A stretch of 64,000 nucleotides of DNA from the NCBI GenBank assembly GCA_964513995.1, contig CAZEOQ010000001.1, positions 144,550 through 208,549 on the forward strand. Direction: 5' to 3'. The stretch comes from an uncultured Desulfobacterales bacterium. GTDB taxonomy: Bacteria > Desulfobacterota > DSM-4660 > Desulfatiglandales > JALVZP01. The translations under genes and the position numbers were made by a program. Shown here in pieces: positions 8,385-18,391 of the stretch. The notes under the pieces were generated by a model. That model was given only the letters and a program-made list of their open reading frames with translations, ran no database searches and was not told the origin of the DNA. Numbering within the stretch: the first letter of the stretch is position 1; the number at the start of each line of letters is the position of its first letter.

Positions 8385-10004
8385 ATGAGCACTATAAGGA
8401 TAGCACAGGCTCAGATAAATCCAATTTTAGGAGATTTTGAATATAACAAAAAAAAGATCCTGAAGTATATAGAGATAGCAAGAGAGAAAGATGCTGATAT
8501 TGTAATCTTTCCTGAACTTTCACTTTGTGGATGTCCTCCAGAAGACCTACTTTTAAAACCAGGTTTTTTGGAAACAAGCAGGAAATTCCTTGATGAAATA
8601 AGTAAAAAGGTATCTGGTATTGTTGCAATTATTGGATATCCTGATACGGATGGAAAAAATGTCTATGATGCATTAGCAGTTATTCAGGAAGGAAACATAA
8701 AAGGAAAATACTACAAAATAGAGCTTCAAGACTTTGAAGAAAGGAGGTATTTTAAAGAAGGGAAAGAGCCTTTTTCTTTGAAGCTTAAAGAAGCTCTTAT
8801 AGTCCCTTCCATAGGTAAAGATATCTGGATTGAAGGAAATGTTCTGGAAGATTTTGCAAGAAAGATCCGTGCTGATATTGTCTTAAATCTTTCTTCTTCT
8901 CCTTTTCACATAAAGAAATTTCAAGTCAGAATAAAAGTTGCTCAAAGATTTGCAAAAAGATCAGAAGTCTTTTTAGTTTACACTAACCTTGTAGGAGGAC
9001 AGGATGAACTCGTATTTGATGGAGGAAGTTTTATTGTGAGTCCTGATGGTAATATCATAGCTTGTGCAAAGAGATTTTCTGAACAGCTTCTCGTGACGGA
9101 TATAAAAGTCAAGGAGGAGAGAATTCTGGAAGAGACTTACATTGCAGAAAGTCTTTCTCCTTTGGAAGAAGTCTATAATGCCCTTGTTATTGGAACAAGG
9201 GATTATGTTAATAAAAACGGTTTTGAAAAGGTCTTAATAGGACTGAGTGGAGGTATAGATTCATCAGTTGTTGCAGCAATAGCAGTAGATGCACTTGGAA
9301 GAGAAAATGTTATAGGAGTTACCATGCCCTCACGATTCACATCCTCTGAAACACTCAATGACGCAGAAAGACTTGCTAAGAATTTAGGAATAAGACTTAT
9401 AAAATTGCCAATAGAGCCTATATATGAAACATATCTGAAGATATTAGAAAAAGTATTTGATACATCTGAACATACAGTTGCTCATGAAAACCTTCAGGCA
9501 AGGATAAGAGGAAATCTCCTTATGGCAATATCTAACAGGTTTGGTTATCTTGTCCTTACTACAGGAAACAAAAGTGAAACTGCTGTAGGATACTGCACAC
9601 TTTATGGTGATACAGCAGGAGGTTTTGCTCCTATAAAGGATGTGCCAAAGACAATGGTATATGAACTTGCAAGATACATAAATTCAATATGGGCAAAAGA
9701 GATCATTCCTGAGTCAGTTATAAAAAGAGATCCTACAGCAGAACTCAGACCTAATCAAAAAGACGAAGATACTCTTCCTCCTTATCCTGTATTAGACAGG
9801 ATAATACATGAGTATGTGGAAGAAAATAAAGAAGTTGAGGAGATTATAGAAGAGGGATTTGAACCAGATGTTGTAAAAGATGTGATAAGGATGATTAAAA
9901 GAAGTGAATACAAAAGAAGACAAAGCCCTCCTGGTATAAAGATCACTGCAAAGTCACTTGGAAAGGACTGGAGATTTCCTATAACAAATCGCTATATGAA
10001 ATAA
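8385..10004 (+). CDS. nadE: glutamine-dependent NAD+ synthetase (CN-hydrolase + NAD synthase domains)
   Basis: N-terminal nitrilase/CN-hydrolase fold (IRIAQAQINP..., FPELSLCG) and a C-terminal PP-loop (GLSGGIDSSVVAA) NAD synthase domain. Confidence 0.95.
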   Translation: MSTIRIAQAQINPILGDFEYNKKKILKYIEIAREKDADIVIFPELSLCGCPPEDLLLKPGFLETSRKFLDEISKKVSGIVAIIGYPDTDGKNVYDALAVIQEGNIKGKYYKIELQDFEERRYFKEGKEPFSLKLKEALIVPSIGKDIWIEGNVLEDFARKIRADIVLNLSSSPFHIKKFQVRIKVAQRFAKRSEVFLVYTNLVGGQDELVFDGGSFIVSPDGNIIACAKRFSEQLLVTDIKVKEERILEETYIAESLSPLEEVYNALVIGTRDYVNKNGFEKVLIGLSGGIDSSVVAAIAVDALGRENVIGVTMPSRFTSSETLNDAERLAKNLGIRLIKLPIEPIYETYLKILEKVFDTSEHTVAHENLQARIRGNLLMAISNRFGYLVLTTGNKSETAVGYCTLYGDTAGGFAPIKDVPKTMVYELARYINSIWAKEIIPESVIKRDPTAELRPNQKDEDTLPPYPVLDRIIHEYVEENKEVEEIIEEGFEPDVVKDVIRMIKRSEYKRRQSPPGIKITAKSLGKDWRFPITNRYMK

Positions 10005-12160
10005 TGGAATACAAAGAAACAAAGGAAAAGATAAAGGAAATAAATCAGGACATATTTTCTTTGATCCAGAAAGCAAAAAAACTAACATTTGTCAGTAAGG
10101 ACTCCTTTGAAGATTGGGAAAGGGTGTGCAAGGACATAGAAAGACAGCTTTCTGATGACATCTTCCGTATAGCCATTGTTGGAGCTATAAAGTCAGGAAA
10201 AAGCACACTTGCTAATTTTTTATTCTGTGGAGATTATCTGAAAAGGGGAGCTGGAATCGTCACATCTTTTCTTACAAAGGTAAGGAAAGGAAAAGAACTT
10301 AAAGCAGAAGTTTACATAAAGCCCTTGAGTGAAATAAACAAGGAAATAGAACAGGCAATAATGACATTGTCTTCTTATGAAGAAGGACTAAAGAGGTTTA
10401 TTCCATTTGACATAAGGGATGAACTTAAAAGAAACAGATTAGAAGAGGTTGTAAAAGGATTTGATCCGAGGTTTTTTGTAAAGGATGGAACTCAGGATAT
10501 AAATTACCTTACTGTTCTGCTTTATCTTAAAGGATACAGAACTGTTAAGGATCTTATATCTGAAAAACAGAAGAAGGTAGTTTATAAGGGAAAAGAATTT
10601 TCAAAGCATAAGGAATTTGTTGGAAATGATTCTCTTGCAATATATCTGAAAGACATATCTGTGGAAATAAACAGGGGAATATTTGATGAATCAGTAGAAT
10701 TGGCAGACTGTCAAGGAAGTGATTCTCCAAATCCAAGACATATTGTAATGATTCAGGAATATCTGACGAAGACTCAGCTTGTGATATATGTCATAAGTAG
10801 CAGGATGGGAATAAGAGAAGCGGATATGAAGTTTTTGGATATGTTAAAAAGGATGGGGCTTTTAGAAAGGACCGTCTTTTTACTTAACTGTGACTTTGAT
10901 GAACACAGATCAAAAGAGGATCTTCTTTCTCTTGTAGAAAAGACAAAAGAAGAAATTTCTGTCTTTGTTACTGAACCAAAGCTTTTTTCATTTTCAGCTC
11001 TGTATAATCTTTTAAACCAGACAAAAAAGATAACTGAAAGAGAAAGGATGAGACTCCTTCAGTGGAAGACTGATAAAGAGCTTATTGAATTTTCTGAAAA
11101 GCAGACAGCAGAATTTCTCAGCTATCTTCATGATCTTCTTTCAAAACAAAGATATGAGATGTTCTTAAAAAGCTGGATGTCTCATATAAGCTTTGTTTTA
11201 TCAGAGATGAAGGAGTGGACCTCTTTAAACATAAAACTTATGCAGAGCTCAACTTCTGATGCAGAAAGTATGATAAAGAAAATCAGGACTGATAGAGAAA
11301 GACTAAGTGAAATGGGAGTTCACCTAAGTTCTGTGCTTTCTGGTATAGCTGATAGGGTAAAAGAAAGGATGAGGAAAAAGATAGACAGTTTTTTTGACAG
11401 GGATGGGAGATTGTTAAAGATCCTTTTTCAATTTATGAATAGCTTTCAGATTCCGTATGTTAGATATGTTGAGCTTTTAGAGAACATGAATCTAAGAGAA
11501 GCACAATATGTGGTTTTTAAAGAATACAAAAAAAGTGTTGATCAGTTTATAAGCCAAAACATAAATCCTCTTATAGTAAGATTTGTAAAACAGATAGAAT
11601 CAGAGGTCTTAAATGAGATACTGTCTGCTGTTAAACCATATTATGAGATAAAAGAGCCTGTTAAGGTTGATTTTATCAAAAAGAGGTATTCATTAACTGC
11701 TCCTTCCATTTCTGCAATCATGGAATATAATATTTCTTTAACCACAGAAACACTTGTGAGATTTGGAATTTATAAGGCATTGGGTTTTATAAAAGGACTT
11801 TTAAAGAAAAAAGAAAGCTCGGATATAGAAGAAAAGATAAAAGCACTTGAATCAACCCTTTCAAGGATAAAAAAGAAAGGAATTGAAACAATCTCTTTTT
11901 GCATTACAAATTACAAAGAGAATCTGAAGTATCAGTATGTATTTAAATTGATCACTTGTATCTGTAAATACATAGAAGAGGTTATCATGATACAGCTAAA
12001 AAAAAGCCTGGAAAGGTTTTCAGATATTGAAAGAGAGATAAAAAGAGAAAAGGATGAAAAAGAGGTCATTCTGGGAAATCTAAAAGAGATTGAAAAAGAA
12101 CTTATAAGCTATATGGAAAAATTAGGGAACTCAGGCAATTTTATCCACTTTGTAAAGTAA
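10004..12160 (+). CDS. bacterial dynamin-like large GTPase
   Basis: 718 aa. P-loop IVGAIKSGKSTLAN, G3-type DCQG, and a downstream LLNCDFD (possible G4). A long alpha-helical, coiled-coil-rich C-terminal stalk follows. TAATG overlap with nadE. Confidence 0.65.
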   Translation: MEYKETKEKIKEINQDIFSLIQKAKKLTFVSKDSFEDWERVCKDIERQLSDDIFRIAIVGAIKSGKSTLANFLFCGDYLKRGAGIVTSFLTKVRKGKELKAEVYIKPLSEINKEIEQAIMTLSSYEEGLKRFIPFDIRDELKRNRLEEVVKGFDPRFFVKDGTQDINYLTVLLYLKGYRTVKDLISEKQKKVVYKGKEFSKHKEFVGNDSLAIYLKDISVEINRGIFDESVELADCQGSDSPNPRHIVMIQEYLTKTQLVIYVISSRMGIREADMKFLDMLKRMGLLERTVFLLNCDFDEHRSKEDLLSLVEKTKEEISVFVTEPKLFSFSALYNLLNQTKKITERERMRLLQWKTDKELIEFSEKQTAEFLSYLHDLLSKQRYEMFLKSWMSHISFVLSEMKEWTSLNIKLMQSSTSDAESMIKKIRTDRERLSEMGVHLSSVLSGIADRVKERMRKKIDSFFDRDGRLLKILFQFMNSFQIPYVRYVELLENMNLREAQYVVFKEYKKSVDQFISQNINPLIVRFVKQIESEVLNEILSAVKPYYEIKEPVKVDFIKKRYSLTAPSISAIMEYNISLTTETLVRFGIYKALGFIKGLLKKKESSDIEEKIKALESTLSRIKKKGIETISFCITNYKENLKYQYVFKLITCICKYIEEVIMIQLKKSLERFSDIEREIKREKDEKEVILGNLKEIEKELISYMEKLGNSGNFIHFVK

Positions 12161-14007
12161 AACATGTAGTTTCCTGTCTTAGTAGGTCTTATTTTTCTGT
12201 AGTGTATGTTTCCATTCTTGTCCACTTCTTTTATGACAATCCTTCTGTCAAGAACAGCCGTCCATTTTCTTGCAAAAAGAAATGTATAGGGCTGATCCTC
12301 AGCTATTATCCTGTGAAGCTCATGACAGTATCTTACTCTTTTCTTATAATCATACTCCTGCCTTATCTTGATTATAAGCTCATCTGCTTTTTTATTCCTG
12401 TATCCAACAAAATTCAGCTGATATGGTCCTCTCTGACTTGAATGGAATATCTGATAAAGATCTGGTTCTATTCCCATACTCCATCCAAGAACAACTGCAT
12501 CAAAATCGTGCCTGTTTATTCTTTGAATAAGGACAGACCATTCTAAAATCTCAGTCTTTACATCTATCCCTATCTTTTTCCACGACTGCTGAGCAATTGC
12601 AAGTATTGCTTTTCTTATGTCATTCCCACTGTTTGTAATAAGAGTAAAACGAAAAGGTCTTCCATTTTTCCTTAGCATTCCATCTTTTCCTCTCTTCCAT
12701 CCTGCTTCTTTAAGAAGTCTTAGAGAAGCTTCAGGATCATATGGAAGTGGTTTTACAGAATGATCATAATAGTCTGTCTGCTTCAGAAAAGGGCCTGTTA
12801 TCCTTTCTGCCTGTCCATAAAGGACATATTTTATGATCTTTTCTACATCTATTGCCATCCCAAGTGCTTTCCTTACTCTTACATCATCAAAAGGCTTCCT
12901 TCTCAGGTTGTATCCTATGTATGTATATCCAAAAGAAAGACCAGAAAATGCCTGAAATCTTGGATCTTTCTTTAGTCTTTCTACCTGATGAGGCTGTACA
13001 TCATAATGATCTATTGTTCCTGCATAGAATTCCATCTCTTGTGTCAGTGGATCAGGTATTACTCGGAATATGTATTTTTTATAATTAGGTGGTCCTTCCC
13101 AGTAATCCTCAAATCTTTCAAGAATAATATACTGATCAGATACCCATTTCTTAAACCTAAATGGTCCACATCCTACAGGATTTCTGTTAAAGCTGCTATC
13201 CCTTATAGAAAACTTCTCCGGATCCATCCCTTTTGACATAGCCTCTTTTCTAAGGGCTTCTCTGTTCAAAAGGTGCTCAGGCAGGATTCCTATCTGCCAG
13301 CTGCTAAGAGCAGGAGAGTATAGTCTCTTATATATGACCTTTACTGTAAGAGGATCAATTATTTCTATTTTTTTTATAGGTTCAAAGTCTGATATCCTCG
13401 GTGAAAGATTTCTTGGATCCATAATTGCTTCGTAGGTAAATTTTACATCCTTTGCACTAAAAGGATGTCCATCATGAAAAAGGACACCAGGTCTTAAGTG
13501 AAATACTATGATTGGATTGTGTTCAAATGGAGGAAGTATCCTTTTTTGTGTAACTTTTTTGAGTTTATCAAATATTTCTGGATCTATCTTTGAAATTCTG
13601 ATCTTTACTTTAAGTCTTCCTCTTTTTTTCTCCACAAAAGAGACTTCTTCTATCTCTTTCAGTTTCTTAAGTTTTTTTATTATGTAATCCTTATCTGATG
13701 CTTTTATCCAAAAGAAGGCTTCTTCATAAAGATCCCAGGATTTTGCAAGTCTTCCTCTAAGGTTTAGATTCTCATCCCTGTCTAAAAGCCCTTCAAAGAC
13801 TAAGGATTCTATCTGTGCACTTGCACTGTCTGAAGAAAGTATAGGATTAAGTATTATTGCGTCTGCAGAAGATGCTGTTATGTATTCTGTAAGCCTTTCT
13901 GGATTTCCTTTTGTCTGTTCTTCATATGTAGGGATCCAAAAGTAGGATTGAAGGAAAAAAAGAAGGACAAGGATGGGGACAATAAGCAAGATCCTTTTTA
14001 CCCACAT
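12109..14007 (-). CDS. ABC-transporter family-5 (peptide/nickel, OppA/DppA-like) substrate-binding protein, membrane-anchored
   Basis: 632 aa. N-terminal hydrophobic anchor MWVKRILLIVPILVLLFF. SBP_bac_5-like blocks: FHDGHPFSAKDVKFTYE, GCGPFRFKKW, VLGWSMG. No permease or ATPase genes are adjacent. Confidence 0.8.
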   Translation of the reverse strand: MWVKRILLIVPILVLLFFLQSYFWIPTYEEQTKGNPERLTEYITASSADAIILNPILSSDSASAQIESLVFEGLLDRDENLNLRGRLAKSWDLYEEAFFWIKASDKDYIIKKLKKLKEIEEVSFVEKKRGRLKVKIRISKIDPEIFDKLKKVTQKRILPPFEHNPIIVFHLRPGVLFHDGHPFSAKDVKFTYEAIMDPRNLSPRISDFEPIKKIEIIDPLTVKVIYKRLYSPALSSWQIGILPEHLLNREALRKEAMSKGMDPEKFSIRDSSFNRNPVGCGPFRFKKWVSDQYIILERFEDYWEGPPNYKKYIFRVIPDPLTQEMEFYAGTIDHYDVQPHQVERLKKDPRFQAFSGLSFGYTYIGYNLRRKPFDDVRVRKALGMAIDVEKIIKYVLYGQAERITGPFLKQTDYYDHSVKPLPYDPEASLRLLKEAGWKRGKDGMLRKNGRPFRFTLITNSGNDIRKAILAIAQQSWKKIGIDVKTEILEWSVLIQRINRHDFDAVVLGWSMGIEPDLYQIFHSSQRGPYQLNFVGYRNKKADELIIKIRQEYDYKKRVRYCHELHRIIAEDQPYTFLFARKWTAVLDRRIVIKEVDKNGNIHYRKIRPTKTGNYMFYFTKWIKLPEFPNFSI

Positions 14008-14068
14008 CTCATTTTTCTTGACTTATGTGTTTATATGATTATCTTAGCTTGATGATCATAACAAAATA

Positions 14069-15001
14069 ATGGAGAATTATAAAGGAATGGCAGCAAAGGA
14101 TTATTACAAAATACTTGGTGTTCCAAGAAATGCATCTCAGGAAGAGATAAAAAGGGCATACAGGAGACTTGCATTAAAATATCATCCAGACAGAAACAAG
14201 GGAAATAAAGAAGCTGAAGAAAAATTTAAGGAGATAAATGAAGCATATGCAGTTCTTGGTGATCCGGAAAAGAGAAGACAATATGATATGCTTGGAGCTG
14301 AAGGATTTCAAAGCAGATTCAGTAAGGAAGATATATTTCGTGGATTTGATTTTGACAGCATATTCAGAGATCTTGGATTTGGTTTTAGTGGAAGGATAAG
14401 AGACATCTTCAGTGAACTTTTTGGGGATCTTGATTTAAGAAGGTCATTTCATTTCAGGACTTCTCCTTTTGAAACACAGGGAATAAAAGGAAAAGATCTG
14501 ATTTATGAACTTCCTGTAACACTAAAAGAGGTAGCAAATGGAGCAAAAAAGACTATTTCATTCAGTGCAGGAGGAATACATGAAACGATCTCTATAAGGA
14601 TTCCTCCGGGAGTAAAAGATGGACAGAAACTGAGAGTAAAAGGAAAAGGAGAACCAGGAATATATGGTGGACCTAGGGGAGATCTTTATGTGCAGATAAA
14701 GATAATGGAAGATCCTGTATTTAGAAGAGAAGGAGATGACCTTTTTATAAAACACAGGATAAAGTTTTCTGATGCGGTTCTTGGAACAGAAACAGAAGTT
14801 CCTACAATATACGGAAAGAAGCTGAGACTGAAGATACCTCCAGGAACACAATCTGGATCTAAGCTGAGGATTAAAGGATACGGTCTTCCAAAAAATGGAG
14901 GAAAAGGTGATCAGTATGTAGAAATAGTTATAGATGTTCCTAAGTCCTTGACAAAGGAACAGAAAGAGGCTGTTTTGAATCTTAAGAAGTTAGGATTATG
15001 A
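14069..15001 (+). CDS. DnaJ-class co-chaperone without zinc-finger domain (CbpA-type)
   Basis: J domain [33 protein letters not shown], a G/F-like stretch, then two DnaJ C-terminal beta domains. There is no CxxCxGxG repeat. Confidence 0.85.
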   Translation: MENYKGMAAKDYYKILGVPRNASQEEIKRAYRRLALKYHPDRNKGNKEAEEKFKEINEAYAVLGDPEKRRQYDMLGAEGFQSRFSKEDIFRGFDFDSIFRDLGFGFSGRIRDIFSELFGDLDLRRSFHFRTSPFETQGIKGKDLIYELPVTLKEVANGAKKTISFSAGGIHETISIRIPPGVKDGQKLRVKGKGEPGIYGGPRGDLYVQIKIMEDPVFRREGDDLFIKHRIKFSDAVLGTETEVPTIYGKKLRLKIPPGTQSGSKLRIKGYGLPKNGGKGDQYVEIVIDVPKSLTKEQKEAVLNLKKLGL

Positions 15002-15972
15002 AAGCAATCTGTGTATTTTCTGGAGGATTAGACAGCATACTTTCTGCAAAACTTATTATGGATCAGGGAATAGAAGTTATAGGAGTTTTTTTTAAAACCC
15101 CTTTTTTTGGTCCTGAAAGGGCAATTGAGTCAGCAAAGATTATAAACCTTCCTTTGAAAATAGTAGACATAACTGAAGAGCACTTAAAAATAGTAAAGTC
15201 TCCAAAATATGGATATGGAGAAAATATGAATCCCTGCATAGACTGTCATTCACTTATGTTTAAGATGGCTAAAAGGATTATGGAAGAAGAAGGAGCAAGT
15301 TTTGTGATATCAGGAGAAGTCCTTGGACAAAGACCTATGTCTCAGAACAGAAAGGCATTAAAGATAGTTGAAAGAGAAAGCAGTCTTGGAAAGCTTCTTT
15401 TAAGACCCCTTTCTGCAAAAAAACTTCCTATAACTGTTCCTGAAAGAAGAGGATGGGTAAAAAGAGAACTCCTTTTGGACATACATGGAAGATCAAGGAA
15501 AAAGCAGATTGAACTTGCAAAAAAACTGAAAATAGAAAAATATCCAACTCCAGGAGGAGGTTGTCTGCTTACAGAAAAGAATTTCTCTGTAAGATTAAAA
15601 GACCTTTTAGAATTTCATCCAGAATTTGAAATAAGAGACATTGAACTTTTAAAGCTTGGAAGACATTTTAGGCTGGATAAAAGGACAAAACTTATAGTTG
15701 GAAGGAACAGAAATGAAAATGAAAAGATAGCTTCTTTTGCAAAAAAAGAAGACATCCTCCTTTTTCCTCATAATATACCAGGTCCTTCTGTCCTTCTTAC
15801 AGGAGATATAAATGATGAAAACATAAAAAAAGCACTTGATATAACAGCAACTTATTCAAACAAAAGACCAGGATGTGAGATAGACATAGAAGTCATTATA
15901 AATGGAGAAAAAAAGATCTTAAAGGGAAAAGCACATGAAAAAAGAGTTTTTCATGAGCTTCTTATCCAGTAG
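14998..15972 (+). CDS. PP-loop ATP pyrophosphatase, MnmA/ThiI-like tRNA-thiolation-type enzyme lacking a THUMP domain
   Basis: N-terminal SGGLDS PP-loop ([17 protein letters not shown]), NPCIDCH Cys pair, and GGGCLLT. ATGA overlap with the upstream J-protein gene. Confidence 0.65.
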   Translation: MKAICVFSGGLDSILSAKLIMDQGIEVIGVFFKTPFFGPERAIESAKIINLPLKIVDITEEHLKIVKSPKYGYGENMNPCIDCHSLMFKMAKRIMEEEGASFVISGEVLGQRPMSQNRKALKIVERESSLGKLLLRPLSAKKLPITVPERRGWVKRELLLDIHGRSRKKQIELAKKLKIEKYPTPGGGCLLTEKNFSVRLKDLLEFHPEFEIRDIELLKLGRHFRLDKRTKLIVGRNRNENEKIASFAKKEDILLFPHNIPGPSVLLTGDINDENIKKALDITATYSNKRPGCEIDIEVIINGEKKILKGKAHEKRVFHELLIQ

Positions 15973-16401
15973 CTATCTTACTATAACAACTGGACAAGGA
16001 GCATAAAGAGCAACCTTTTCTGCAACACTTCCTATAAGAAGTCTTTTCAGAAGGCTTCTTCCCTTTGTCCCTATTATGACTGACACATATCCCTCTTCTT
16101 CAGCAATCCTTACTATTTCTTCAGCAACAGGACCTACAGCTATCTTTGTATCAACATCTTTTACTCCATTTTCTTCTGCTATCCTTTTTGCTTCTTCAAG
16201 TATCTTTTTTGCCTCCTGCTCTCTCAGATAATAATTCCATGTCTCTGGAATCTTATCATAGTGGACTACATCCTCAAGGACATGAAGGAGTGTAAGATGA
16301 ACACCTGTTTTTGAAGCAAACCTGCTTGCAAGTGCAACGGCTTTTTTTGAAATATCAGATCCATCAACACAGACAAGACTCTTCAGTCTTTTTTCCTCCA
16401 T
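15973..16401 (-). CDS. universal stress protein (UspA family)
   Basis: 142 aa. The C-terminal GSVAEKVALYAPCPVVIV motif is typical of the Usp ATP-binding subfamily. Strong SD aaggagg. Confidence 0.85.
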   Translation of the reverse strand: MEEKRLKSLVCVDGSDISKKAVALASRFASKTGVHLTLLHVLEDVVHYDKIPETWNYYLREQEAKKILEEAKRIAEENGVKDVDTKIAVGPVAEEIVRIAEEEGYVSVIIGTKGRSLLKRLLIGSVAEKVALYAPCPVVIVR

Positions 16402-16487
16402 AAAAAACCTCCTTTTTCATGCTTGTTTAACTTAATCTTTACAAGAATTTATCTGAGGAGTCAAACTTTTTTCTGATGAAAAATCTC

Positions 16488-16516
16488 TTGACAAGGAAAT
16501 TTTGTGATGATATTTG
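16488..16516 (+). promoter_or_regulatory. putative sigma70-type promoter of etfBA
   Basis: TTGACA at 16488-16493. -10 candidates GATATT/TATTTG at 16509-16516 are preceded by TG. A ~40-nt leader with SD aaggaggg follows. Confidence 0.35.
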
Positions 16517-16552
16517 CTTAAGCGAAAAAAAATCTAAAAAAAGGAGGGAAAA

Positions 16553-17347
16553 GTGAACATCATAGCATTAGTAAAACAGGTTCCAGATACAGAGACAATC
16601 ATAAAGATTGCACCAGATAAAAAGTCCATTGTAACAGAAGGTATAAAGTGGATCATAAATCCTTATGATGAATTTGGAATTGAAGAGGCTATAAGGACAA
16701 AAGAAAAGTTTGGAGGTCAGGTTACAGTAATAGGACTTGGACCACAGAGGGTTACAGAGGCACTGAGGACTGCTCTTGCAATGGGAGCTGATAAGGCAAT
16801 CCATATAAATGATCCTGCACTTGAAGGAAGTGATTCACTTACTGTTGCGAAGGCACTTGCTGCTGTTATAAAAGGAATGGAGTATGACATCATCTTTACA
16901 GGACAGCGTGGAATTGATGATGACATGTGGATGGTAAATATTGCACTTGCAGAGCTTCTTGGAATTCCTCATATATCTCTTGCAATAAAGATAGAATTCG
17001 TAAACGATCACAAGACGATAAGGGTTCACAGACCAGTTGAAGGTCAGACTGTTGTGGTTGAGGCAGATCTTCCAGTCCTTGTAACATGTCAGAAAGGACT
17101 TAATGAACCAAGGTATGCTTCTCTTCCAGGAATAATGAAGGCAAAGAAGAAGCCTCTTGAAGTAAAGAAGCTATCAGATCTTGGTCTTGATGCTTCACAG
17201 GTAGGAGAAGCTGCAAGCAAGCTAAAGGTCCTTGAACTTTCACCACCTCCTGAAAGAAAACCTGGAAAGATCATAGAAGGTGAGACACCAGAGCAGAAGG
17301 CAGAAGAGCTTGCAAGACTTCTTCATGAAGAAGCAAAGGTTATATAA
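16553..17347 (+). CDS. etfB: electron transfer flavoprotein beta subunit
   Basis: GTG start after SD aaggaggg. N-terminus MNIIALVKQVPDTE... and the overall EtfB pattern (NPYDEFGIEEA, DIIFTGQRGIDDD). Confidence 0.9.
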   Translation: MNIIALVKQVPDTETIIKIAPDKKSIVTEGIKWIINPYDEFGIEEAIRTKEKFGGQVTVIGLGPQRVTEALRTALAMGADKAIHINDPALEGSDSLTVAKALAAVIKGMEYDIIFTGQRGIDDDMWMVNIALAELLGIPHISLAIKIEFVNDHKTIRVHRPVEGQTVVVEADLPVLVTCQKGLNEPRYASLPGIMKAKKKPLEVKKLSDLGLDASQVGEAASKLKVLELSPPPERKPGKIIEGETPEQKAEELARLLHEEAKVI

Positions 17348-17371
17348 AAATTTTAGAAAGGAGAGGAAAAT

Positions 17372-18361
17372 ATGGCTGGAGAAGTATGGGCAATAGCAGA
17401 ACAAAGAGAAGGAGAGTTTAGGAAAGTTACATATGAGGTAGTAAGTGAAGGAAGAAGGATTGCAGACAAACTTGGAAAAAAGCTTTTTGCAGTAGTTCTT
17501 GGAAAGGACATAAAGGATAAATCTGCAGAACTTGCTCATTATGGTGCAGACAAAATAATTGTAGCAGAAGATGAAAGACTTCTTCATTATACTCCAGATG
17601 CATACTGCAGTGTGCTTTATCAGCTTGTAAAAGCAGACACTCCAGACATAATCATCATGGGTGCATCTACTCAGGGAAAGGATCTTGCACCAAGACTTGC
17701 TGCAAGACTTGATGTAATGATGGCACAGGACTGCACGAAGTTTGAAGTAGAAGACGGAAAGCTTATAGCAATAAGACCAATCTTTACTGGAAAGGCTTAT
17801 GCAAAGGTAGTATTTGAAAACAGCATTCCAAACATTGTTACTGCAAGACCAAATGTTATGGAGATAGCAGAGCCTGATACATCAAGAAAGGCAGAAGTTG
17901 TTGATGCAAGCTTCAGTCTTGATGATTCAGAACTTAAGACAAAGGTGGTTGAAGTAATAAAGGATGAAAGTGGAAAGATAGATCTTACAGAAGCAGACAA
18001 GATAGTATCTGGTGGAAGAGGAATGAAGTCTGCTGAAAACTTCAAGATACTTGAAGAGCTTGCAGAAGTAATAGGTGCTGCAGTTGGTGCATCACGTGCA
18101 GCAGTTGATGCAGGATGGAGACCACAGACAGATCAGATTGGTCAGACTGGAAAGGTAGTTTCTCCAAACCTCTACATTGCATGTGGAATATCTGGTGCAA
18201 TACAGCATCTTGCAGGAATGGGAACATCTAAGGTGATTGTTGCTATAAACAAGGATCCAGAAGCACCAATATTCCAGAAAGCAGACTATGGCGTAGTAGA
18301 TGATCTTTTCAAGGTAGTTCCTGCACTTACACAAGCAGTAAAGAAGTATGTAAAGAAGTAG
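17372..18361 (+). CDS. etfA: electron transfer flavoprotein alpha subunit
   Basis: C-terminal FAD-binding block VSGGRGM...[11 protein letters not shown]...[31 protein letters not shown] aaggagagg. Confidence 0.9.
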   Translation: MAGEVWAIAEQREGEFRKVTYEVVSEGRRIADKLGKKLFAVVLGKDIKDKSAELAHYGADKIIVAEDERLLHYTPDAYCSVLYQLVKADTPDIIIMGASTQGKDLAPRLAARLDVMMAQDCTKFEVEDGKLIAIRPIFTGKAYAKVVFENSIPNIVTARPNVMEIAEPDTSRKAEVVDASFSLDDSELKTKVVEVIKDESGKIDLTEADKIVSGGRGMKSAENFKILEELAEVIGAAVGASRAAVDAGWRPQTDQIGQTGKVVSPNLYIACGISGAIQHLAGMGTSKVIVAINKDPEAPIFQKADYGVVDDLFKVVPALTQAVKKYVKK

Positions 18362-18368
18362 ATAAAAA

Positions 18369-18391
18369 GGGGCGAGATATTTTCTCGCCCC
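18369..18391. terminator. intrinsic (potentially bidirectional) terminator hairpin between etfA and rlmI
   Basis: GGGGCGAGA (18369-18377), TATTT loop, TCTCGCCCC (18383-18391): a 9-bp GC-rich stem flanked by an A-run on one side and T/A on the other. It is the only clean hairpin of this kind I found in the window. Confidence 0.7.

Noticed and set aside
14008-14068. TTAGC...-containing sequence upstream of the first dnaJ-like gene, checked for a CIRCE element (TTAGCACTC-N9-GAGTGCTAA).
   Set aside because: Only the TTAGC pentamer matches, and there is no inverted partner. This is not a CIRCE.
16568-17587. A cluster of six minus-strand ORFs (60-115 aa) opposite etfB and the start of etfA.
   Set aside because: All overlap the strongly supported ETF genes. 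They lack SDs and have Cys/Phe/Ser-rich nonsense-like composition, as expected for the antisense of Lys/Glu/Ala-rich genes.
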